A stretch of 20,000 nucleotides of DNA, from NCBI GenBank assembly GCA_026026165.1, contig JAPEUD010000104.1, positions 45,775 to 65,774 of the forward strand, read 5' to 3'. This document shows positions 1-9,122 of the stretch, in pieces (the stretch's first letter is position 1; each line of letters starts with the position of its first letter). This DNA comes from Sarea resinae (Eukaryota). The translations under genes were made by a program, and so were the position numbers. Below the pieces are notes generated by a model. That model was not told where the DNA came from, ran no database searches, and worked only from the letters and a program-made list of their open reading frames with translations.

Positions 1-2
1 GA

Positions 3-3000
3 AGACCAAAATACCTGCAGAGCCGTCACGCCAGTCAACGCTCGTCTACGTCATCTTACACGACCAGGTCCGATATCTCGACGGATGCTCCCAGCGATGC
101 CACCCTTGGCGCGGATTTTGCACTCCAATCGGGAGGGGCGGCCCCTGCCAACAGCTCCATCGTCCGGCCGCGCCAGGAGCTTTCGAGGTCCATCAGTCTG
201 GGCAGCATTGCCTCTGGTGTCTCCGCCTTTAGCGATTCGGTCGGCAGATGGAATCCGACGAGAACGATGAGTGGGACGTCGGCCATCGCCAGTCTACCTG
301 TGGAGGGGAATCTCGAGCCCCTCGATGAAGAGAGAGGCTCACCGAGTCAGAGTTCTAGTCGCGAAAAACCAAATCATACCGATGATGACCACAGCCCATC
401 ACCTCCGGCTACCCCAAAGGCTCGCGGTCGAACATTGACGGCTCCTACAGATACCGCCATGGCAGACCATATCCGAAGGATACACGTCCCGCCATCGGTC
501 CGTCGTGAGTACAGCGAGAAGAATCGGCTTTCCTCGCCAGATAAAAAGTCCAGCACCTTGAGTTCTGCCCCGGGAAGAGCAAATAAAAATATGACGCTCA
601 AAGAACAAAGCAGTACCATTGACCGCCTAACAAAGGAGAACTTCGACCTTAAGCTCAAGATCCACTATCTCAACTCCGCTCTCAATGAACGGTCCGAGGA
701 AGGAGTCAAGCAGATGATTTCGGAAAACGTCGAACTCAAAGCGGGGTTGGTCACTGTTCAGAGAGAAGCGCGAAATCTGCGGCGAACGATACGGGATCTC
801 GAGCGGAAGCTACAAGAGAGGGAGGAAGGCCTAGCTGCGGCCGCGGCGACGTCCGGAGAGTCGGATGAAGAGAAGAGCGAGCAATCCTTTCGTCAAGCTG
901 AGCTCGAAGAGGAGGTTGTCTATCTCAAGGATCGAGTGGAGACTTATGAGCTGGAGATCGAGAAGCTAAGAAGTGAGAGTGTTGGTCGGGAAAATGAGAA
1001 GAGGCGGTTGGCCGAGGTCGTTCGGTCGATGGGTGAGAGAACTTCTCGAGGGGTAGATGCCGATATTGGTGCGCGTGAAGAAATGGTTTGTATACCCGTG
1101 GATTTTGTTGGATTTGTGGACTGACGTGAATCTCTCGCAGGACATGTGGAAAGACATGTACGAGACCGAAAATGCGCGGCGAGAGCAGGCGGATGAAGAT
1201 AATCGCAAACTTCGCGAGGAGATCTGGCGCCTGAAGAACGATGGCTCCTCGACCACGACGAACAACTTCGCCAGTAACATGTATCACGTCAGCAAGCAAC
1301 AGCGCGCATCATTCTCCCAGGCTCGGTCGAGTAGCTCCGAAAATGCCGAGAAGAATGCGTCCCTGAGCAGCGCCAGCACCCTCGTCGAACAGCTTCGCCA
1401 TGAAAATGCCGAGCTGCGCCGAGAGGTCGGCGCGCAGACGTCGATGCTGACTTCTCGTAACAAGGAACGGGAGCGACTGTATCAGGAGATTGAAGATCTC
1501 AAGTTGAAAGAGCGAAGAGGTGACGCGGCCCGTTCGGTCGCAGGGGATAGCATCTTGGAGCGCTCTGCTTCTCGTGCTCTTCAGCGGCCTGGATCTCGGA
1601 TGAGCAACATGACGAAGACGACACAGATGAGCGACGCCGAGCGTGAAGACCTGGAGAACAAGAACGATGCATTGAGAGACCAGATCTCCGGACTCAAGCT
1701 GAAGAACCAGCAGCTCGATCGCAACCTGGAGGACTGTCTCGATCAGTTGGATCAGGCCGACGCTCTCAAGGCTGACCTTACCAAGACGATCGAAGCCTAT
1801 GAAGAGGAAATGAATCTGGCCACGCAGGACTTGCAAGCAATCCAAGCCGAACGGGATGAAGCCCTCGCTCAGCGAGAGGAAAAGGAAGCCGACTATGAGG
1901 GGCTCAAGGCGGAGGCGCAGCAGACCATTGACGGTCTCGAAGAGGAGTTGGAGCATAAAGATGCCGACCTAGCACATCTTGAAGTCGAGCTGGAGAATCG
2001 GATCGAAAATTTCAGAGCGCTTCAAGGTGAGATGCGATTGATGAGTGAGAGTCTGCTTCGTCTGGAAGACGACCAGCAAGCGAATACAAGAAAAATACAG
2101 AGTCTGGAGCAGGAGCTCGGCGATGCAAATGTCGAGCTCGAGAGCTTGGAGAAGAGCCTTGTGGAAGCCAATACCAAGGTCGAGAGGCTTACCGTCCAGC
2201 AGGAATCCAGCCAGAGTGAGATTTCTTTCTTGCGGGAAGAACAGGAGGGCGATAAGATCAAGATCGGCGATCTCGAGACGGTCATCAAGACTACGGAGAT
2301 CAATCTCCGAGAAGAAAGGGGCAAGGCGAAAGAGCTTGAAGAGCGACTGGCAGAAGAGAGACACCAGCACGAAGTCCTGGTCAGTCAAGAGAAGCAAGAA
2401 GTGCAAAGGATGATTGACGACCTCAATCGCGAGGCGACCGCCGCCAAAGACGAATCGAGGAGATTGCGCAAGAGCCTGTCGTCTCGCGAGGTGGAGGCTA
2501 CAACCTGGAAGGAGAGACTGATGGAACTGGAAAACAACCTTCGAGAAGCGCTCGGAGACCTTAACGGGACGAGGTCTAGTCTTCTCAGCGTGCGTTCCCC
2601 AAGCTCTCAGAGCATCACTCAACTCGCTGATATTGTATGCAAGTCCATCACAAGACTCCAAAAAGAGCTAGATACGACAGTCTCCGAGCTCGACATTACG
2701 AAGAACAATCTGGCGGATAAGGAACGGCTCCTGAAGAATCGCGATAGTCTGCTGGAGAGTTCCGGTCTCGAATCCCGCAAGCTCTCGGAACTGTTGGAGA
2801 AGGAACGGCAAGCTCGCCGAGCGGAGAGACATCAGTATGACTCCGTGCAAAGAGCGCACCAGCAGAGCATCATGACGAACTCGAGGCACGAGACTCGACT
2901 GATGGAATTGGAGACTGCGCGACAACATGACCGGAAGAAATGGGTCGGTACGGAGCAGCAGTACAAAGAGCAGCTCTCGGAACGGAACAATCTGCTTCTG

Positions 3001-3969
3001 TCGCTCTGGAACCGGCTCTCGGCTCTCTGCGGCACCGACTGGGCTCACAAGTACAGCCTCGTCAACGGTAAGCTCCCGAGTCTCGAAGTCGTCGCGACCG
3101 CGCTGCCGGGCTTCAGTAAGAACTTGGTGCTCGCGGTCAAGACGATCGAAGGTTTGTTGGGCGGCTTCAAGACACGCATCCGCAATGTCGAGACACAATT
3201 GTGGAAGGAATACCAGACGCTCGAGCACGCGCTCGATGTACGGTCGAAGAAGCTCGATTCGCTGGAGAGTACGGTGCAGCTCGGCGCCCTGGGTTCGGCG
3301 CCGTCGCCCGAGCTGGCCAAACTGAGAGCGGAGAACAAGACGCTCAAAGCGGAGCTGAAATACTTTCAAAAACAGCCCATCTTGCGCAGCAGCAGCGGCG
3401 GCGGCGGCGGCGGCGGCCACAAGGACCACGGGCGCGAGTCCAATAGCAAGCCTAGCAGCAGCAGCAGCAGCCACAGCCACAGCCGCGAGCTCCTCAGCCG
3501 CGGAACTAGTAGTAGAGGTGATGGCATCAAAGACAGCAAGCTCCCGGGTCCGATCCCGTCTGATCGTCGGTCGTCGCTCACGGCGGCGTTTTCGCGCCAC
3601 CATTCCGCCAGCGCGGTCGAGCAGCTGGAGCGCAACATCTCTTCGACGATCACGCATCACACGCCCGTGCAGTCGCAGCCGATCGAGCCGAGTCATCAGC
3701 GCTGGATCTATCGGCTCAAGGAGCTCGAGCGACGACTCAAGGCCGAGCGCGAGGGCCGACTTCTAGACCGGACGGGGGCGAGGAAGCGGCTCGAGGAGGA
3801 GCGGGTCGAGTATGAGCTTTTGAGGCGCGAGCTGGAGCGGGAGAGGGACAAGAGGATCAGTGAGGGTGGAGCTGGGACGGATGATGGTGGTGAGGGAGAG
3901 GGAGAGGGCGAGGGCGACGGGGAAGAAAGGGAGGGCAGTCTGGGCACGTCGGCTGAGCTGGATCGATGA
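3..3969 (+). CDS. apsB: ApsB/Mto1/centrosomin-family microtubule-organising-centre coiled-coil protein, 5'-partial. Exons <3..1085, 1141..2589, 2644..3969
   Basis: Frame is open from position 3 (RPKYLQSRHASQRSS...SDATLGADFALQSGGA...), so the start lies outside the window. CM1/Cnn_1N motif MTLKEQSSTIDRLTKENFDLKLKIHYL at 591..671, a long heptad coiled coil, and a C-terminal Mto2-binding-type motif WIYRLKELERRLKAEREGRLLDRTGARKRL (~3703..3792). Intron 1086..1140 (GTTTGT..CTGAC..CAG) joins ORFs 267..1124 and 1057..3969 in phase 0. Intron 2590..2643 is GTGCGT..GCTGAT..AAG. Confidence 0.9.
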
Positions 3970-4244
3970 TTGGTGCTTCCTGCTGCGTATGGATCGACGA
4001 TGGTGTGGTGTTGAGCGGGGAGTTTTGTTTCTAGCTCGTATTGGAGTCGGTGTTGAAGGAAAGGGGATATGAATAGGGAGTCGGGGTGATGGATCGATAA
4101 GAAAGGATCAAGTCAAGCCACTCGGTTTTTTGTGTGTGTAGGCTTGTCTCGATAGCAATAGCGTTTAGCGGACAGCTGAGAGCCGGTGATGATAATAGCA
4201 ACAGTGACAGTGAGAGCAGCGTCGATAAGGACAGGGACAGCAAG

Positions 4245-4321
4245 GGTGATGGTGATGGTAAGGCTCTGGTGATGGTGATGGTAAGGCTCTGGTGATGGTG
4301 ATGGTAAGGCTCTGGTGATGG
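4245..4321. repeat. 23-bp minisatellite GGTGATGGTGATGGTAAGGCTCT, 3.3 copies
   Basis: Perfect units at 4245-4267, 4268-4290 and 4291-4313, plus a partial GGTGATGG at 4314-4321. Confidence 0.95.
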
Positions 4322-4389
4322 CCATGGCAATCGCATGAATGGCAATGATAACTACGACGACGATGGCAATAACAAATTCTAATAGATTG

Positions 4390-4462
4390 TCTTTCTCTTT
4401 CTCTTTTTCGTTTCTCCTTCCCTTCTCTTCTCCTCCCCTGTTTTTCTCTTCTCCTCTCTCCT
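4390..4462. repeat. Polypyrimidine (CT-rich) low-complexity tract
   Basis: About 70 nt almost entirely C/T, ending at CTAG just before an abrupt switch to GC-rich sequence. Confidence 0.9.
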
Positions 4463-4464
4463 AG

Positions 4465-4792
4465 GTGCTTGAGGGGGGCGAGGGGCAGCCGTCCGGGAGC
4501 CTTGGTGCCCCTGTGGCCGCGTCCCGCCAGGTCTGCCGGGGAACCACGCGGGGTGCAGGGCCTTTGGCGCGGCCGAGTGCGCGGCGCCGGGGGGAGGTCG
4601 CCGGGTAAGTGACGTCTGCCAGGCGTAGGACGTAGGACGTCTGGACCCGGCGAGGGGCCGTCGAGGTGGTGGGGGGCGGAGAGAGTTACCCGGCGTGAGC
4701 CTTCCCCAGGAATCCGTCCTACTCCTTGCCGGAGGTGGCAGCCTCGCCCCGGGCGACGGGCGCGGCTATTCTCCAGGCCTACGGCCAGGCAC
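4465..4792. other. Unexplained GC-rich island (candidate structured RNA or degenerate coding remnant)
   Basis: Hand count gives 238/320 G+C (74%) over 4471-4790, with several complementary segment pairs (see findings). Identity not established. Confidence 0.35.
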
Positions 4793-5208
4793 TCTGCTTC
4801 GCTTCTGCTCTCTCCTAATCTGTCGGGTTGCACTTCTAGTTTACCGGTGCGTTCTTTGTTTTCTTCGAGGAGAGCAGTGGTGGCGGCGTGGGGAATTCCG
4901 GCGTTCTGGCTCACGTCTTCATTGTTACAGTCGTCGACAATATCACTACCACAACTTCCTGGGACGTCTTCTGATTGTTGATTCAAATAGCAATTCAGGT
5001 CGGGCTCGAAACGCCACCACGCACCTCTACCACATCAAGCAATTCCCCGTAAGCAAAGCCATCTAAGATATATGACATCAGACGCCCAGACATCCGAAAC
5101 GATACAATCTCAACACAAAGCAAAGAGAATATGAAAGCACCTCCATAACCTCAAATGTGGTCATTCGAAAGACATCACACATTTTGCGTCAAGACATTGA
5201 TCCGGCCT

Positions 5209-7898
5209 TTACAGAAAACAGACGAGCACAAGCAACCCCAGTGCCAGATTCAGGGATACACCCAGACCGGCACCAGCACCCGTAAATGCCAAAGCCAAGG
5301 TCGGAGTTACACTCAAAGTGACATTACCTCTGAACGCGGTTGCGAGCGGCGTTGACTTAGAGCCCGAGGTAGAGGGCGAATTCCCGTTGATGCCAGTACC
5401 AAGCACAACCAAACTGACGGCGATTACTTCTGGTGATCCTATCGTTGCATCAGCATCGACGGACGCAATCGCAACTGTGCCCGACTTACCGGCAGATGAC
5501 GAGGAAGTTTCGTTTGCAATACTCCTAGACGTGCTCAGTGGTACGTTGTAGATTGTAGTCGTCAACGAACCCTCCGTCAGGACAGTGTATCCGTAGCCTG
5601 GAGGAATGCCCCCGACCACTGATACCGTTCCAGTTGCGACAGGAGAGACAAACAGACTTGCATTCACTGGGAAACCACCACCATAAGCATTACCAAGTAT
5701 CTCTGGAGTGTAGACTGGAGTGGCAGACAACGCGGATTCTGGAACCGCCACGTATCCTGGCAGAGTCTCCGTTGGCAACGATTGCAACAAAGTACTTGCC
5801 GGAAGTGGCAGGACGGTGTAATATTTCACAGTCACATATGCTGGTGACGTCCCCGTGATCGATGACTGCAGCAAGCTGCTGGCAGGAATTGGAAGGACGG
5901 TGTGATATTGTACGGCTGTTGAAGTTTGTACCGTTACCGTCGGTGTTTCGGCCGAGCCAATCGAGCTGACTTGTGAGATATCCACTCTTGTTGGAATAGA
6001 GCCGCTGGATGAGAGTGATGAACCTGTCTTGACAGAAGCGACTTCGGGCTGGGACGACATCAAAACACCACCGGCTGAGAGAGTATTCAAAGGGAATCCC
6101 GCGCCTCCTTGGCCGGAGATGAATGAAGTAGAGCCAGTATTGATGCCCAGAGCGGATCCTGGAGAGCCATACGCTGGCTTTGAAGAGACCCCAACAGAAT
6201 TAGCGGACACGGATACGGCGATTCCAGCTCCACTTGACTTCGAGACTGCGAGACTGCTTGCTACGTCTGCGAGAGATCCGATGATCGTTATCGAGCTTTC
6301 AGAGGCCAGAGCGACAGATGATGGAGTCTCGGAGAGCAAAGATGACTGAACTGGAAGGGTTGAGCCTCGCGAGGACAATACTGGCCCCGTTGCGGTATCC
6401 GACGACGCAAATCCAGGTCTGGAAGTGCCACCGACCGCATAGGGTGCAAGTGTAGAGTTAATTACTGACCCCATGCTTGATGAACTTGAGACAGGCGACA
6501 AGAGAGCAGAGGGAATCGGAACGACAGAAGATACCACAAGCTGAGAAGTCAACACGGAGCTCTTTTCGTTGCCAGTCAAGGGGAAAGTTCCATTCGAAAA
6601 AGACGAGACTGAAGATGCGACCGTCGTTGCTACACGACCTGTGAGAGTGAGAGACGACAAGACAGTCACATCCTCGCGGCTCGAAGAGGACAACGAGGGC
6701 CGTTCAGTACTTTGTGTGGACCCTACTGGCAATGTTTGGTTGACAGCAACAACGGTCGTTCGGGTCGAAGATCCCTTAAGTAGGACCGTGAGACTGGCCT
6801 GGAGAGCACTGGTAGGCGTACCTATTCTGCTCGAGCTGGAAAGGCCCACTACTTGAGAGAGCATGGACGTGGAACTAGATACACTCGAGACATTGACTTG
6901 CGTGAGGGCAGAGGGAATCTCCGTGATGCCGGTGGATGTTATCGACGTAACGGGAAACGGAGAGGTTGCCGGCTGCACAGATGAAGCAGAAGAGCCTCCA
7001 GTCTGGCTTGAAGCTTGTCCTTGGACCGCCGATGCTGATAAAGCCACCGTCACCGGAGAGATAGTGGTTGACACAGCAATGGTCGAGGTGACGACCACAG
7101 TCGACTCGGCGGGGCAGTAAGAGACAGTCGGGGCACAGCTTGTGACGGTATATTCTCGTGTCGAGTAGATGGTAGAGGTAGTCAATTGAGTTGAAGCCTT
7201 GATGAATTAGTGCAAGTTCACAGTGCCGAAGAGCAAACCAACCTGATCGCCGATTGGGGCAGTACCGCCTACGAGAACTACCGCAGTGTATGCGGCACTG
7301 GCGGAGATGCCAGCTGCAGAGCCCATCGCAGTGGACTGGTCTCCCAGAGTAGAAGGATAGTATGGAGCAACGGTAGAAGAGCTCATATCGTCATTCGATA
7401 TCAGGCCGGTAAGCAAAGAGGTAGCGACTGCCAGAGGGATGGATAGATTTCCGATGTCATTACCATACTGGTCTGAAGAATGTCAGTGAGTGTGAGAGCA
7501 CGAAATGAGGTGATAGATGATGAGATGATATGCAAGAACAATTGCCAGTGGATTGAAAAAGGCGAATGACGAGGGCAAAGACGGACACGCGTCTTTGCAT
7601 TCAGTATGGGATAATGACACGTCGAGACGCTCTGATGATTGCAGGAACACATCAAGAAAGCAAATCTAGCGTCGATGACTGGGCATCATGAAGGCTACTC
7701 ACCATATGCGCGAACCGAGAGGTCAATGTCTGACAGCATCAGGATCAGCACAAGCTCACAAGACGACAGGGTAAGAACGGTAAGGCACGCGGAGCTGAGG
7801 GCTTCATCTGGCTCCAACTTACCTTGTCGTTTCTCTGACGCCAAAGCAGCCGATGTGGCCCAGGCCGTCACGGTGACGAGCTTCCACAGTTGCATCAT
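5209..7898 (-). CDS. Secreted Ser/Thr-rich, probably GPI-anchored cell-wall protein (~773 aa). Exons 7898-7823, 7729-7703, 7472-7243, 7197-5209
   Basis: Signal peptide MMQLWKLVTVTAWATSAALA followed by SEKR. Introns 7822-7730 (GTAAGT..GCTGAT..CAG), 7702-7473 (GTGAGT..CTGAC..CAG) and 7242-7198 (GTTGGT..CTAAT..AAG) give one continuous frame of 2322 nt. Contains the typical fungal wall-protein module TTSTIYSTREYTVTSCAPTVSYCPAEST, a Ser/Thr/Val-rich body and a C-terminal AFTGAGAGLGVSLNLALGLLVLVCFL GPI-type signal. Confidence 0.85.
5746..5913 (-). repeat. Intragenic 84-bp (28-aa) tandem duplication
   Basis: VQYHTVLPIPASSLLQSSITGTSPAYVT (5913-5830) versus VKYYTVLPLPASTLLQSLPTETLPGYVA (5829-5746). 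Confidence 0.9.
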
Positions 7899-8882
7899 GA
7901 AGCCGATGACCAGTGATTTTCGAGGCTCGAGAGCAACGAGGAAAAAGAAGAGAGCACTGGTACAGCTTCGAAGAGATGGGAAGATGATTGAACGAGCGTC
8001 AGAAAGAAAGCAACGAGCGTGTAAGAAGATGGAATGATGAAGAATGAAGAAGTTGAGGAGTGGAGTCAAAAGTGGGAGGACTTCGAGTTGAATGGGTGGG
8101 GATCTTAGGGCGAGCCCTCAATGTTGACTGACGAATGGCTGCCGAATGGCGGACGCAATGACCAGAATGTGGGAGGAAGACCGATGGAGATAGAGGCAGC
8201 AGTGGCTTTGTCGAATTGATGGAGTTGCCACTTTCTCCCAACGGACCTTCTGTGGACGCCGGCCTATCCTCCACTTCCGCTGAGGGATCGAGGAGACGGA
8301 AAGCCACGGCCATGCAACGGCAAGCGGTGAAGATGATGACGACTACATCCAGCACCGTGTGCCCACTTGCACTCGCGGTCGACCAGATCAATGACAGAAT
8401 GACAGAATGCATCCAGCAAAGTGACTGCCCACCTCTGTCGATGCGGCTCATCTACGTATCCGATATGCCTTCTTTCGTGCCCGGGGGAACACGCAAGACA
8501 CCGATATCGATCTCTACATGCCATGGCATCCATCTTCTCCGGGGCTTTCTCGCTGCAGCCTCGAAGCCATGCATCAGCGACCGTATTCCTCAACCGCGGA
8601 CTCGACGCCGTGATATGACGATAGTAACCTTGAAGATAGTAGGGTACAGATCATTCACCGGCCCCCTTTTCCTCGAGTTGACTGGTCTCGCACGTGGCAT
8701 CCCACGTACCTGCAGATTGAGAAGGACTACCGCGGTAGTGATACCAATATCGACAAAACAAAACAAACGAGAGCAGTGAATGCAGCTTCCCGTTGTAGAT
8801 AGAGAATCAACCGCGAGTCCGTGAATGAATCCATAGATGAATGAATCATGAATCCAGCCCAACCACCGGCATACCTCTTGCC

Positions 8883-8890
8883 TATAAAAA
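8883..8890 (+). promoter_or_regulatory. Putative TATA box of the + strand wall-protein gene
   Basis: TATAAAAA followed by a CT-rich tract (~8900-8985) typical of fungal transcription-start regions, then ATGs at 8991 and 9123. Confidence 0.6.
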
Positions 8891-9122
8891 CACGCGTCCC
8901 TGCCATCCGCCTTCCTTCACTCTCCCCTTTCACTCGCCATCCTCACCCACCACTTACCTCATTGCCTCATACCTTGCCCTCCAGATCCCAATGCCCCGTC
9001 TCTCTTCACCTCGCAGAACCGATCAATCCTATCAACCTATCGACTTCGACGCCGACTCCGACTCCGACTCTGACTTCGAATTCGACTTGGCACCTACCGT
9101 AAGAACAATCAATCGTCGCAAC

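Noticed and set aside
1309..3696. Three long consecutive antisense ORFs (215, 230 and 342 aa) opposite apsB
   Set aside because: Codon-aligned shadows of a GC-rich, Glu/Lys/Gln-rich coiled-coil gene; Leu/Phe-rich translations with no family motifs.
4031..4345. ORFs with PEPYHHHHQSLTITITRALPSPS repeats
   Set aside because: Translation artefact of the 23-bp non-triplet minisatellite.
4390..4610. Polypyrimidine tract + TAG and a GTAAGT donor at 4605 suggesting a + strand exon
   Set aside because: No convincing partner exons or start codon, and such long tracts are unlike the acceptors of the other introns here.
4165..4986. 273-aa minus ORF as an intact gene
   Set aside because: TTG start, and it runs through the purine tract and minisatellite; only the weaker remnant hypothesis is kept.
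3970..5208. Telomerase RNA, SRP RNA or HDV-like ribozyme in the intergenic region
   Set aside because: No TAACCCTAA-type template, no SRP helix-8 signature and no HDV P1-P4 arrangement found by eye.
7999..8933. Overlapping ORFs of 65-187 aa in the divergent promoter
   Set aside because: No domain-like features or splice support; consistent with chance ORFs.
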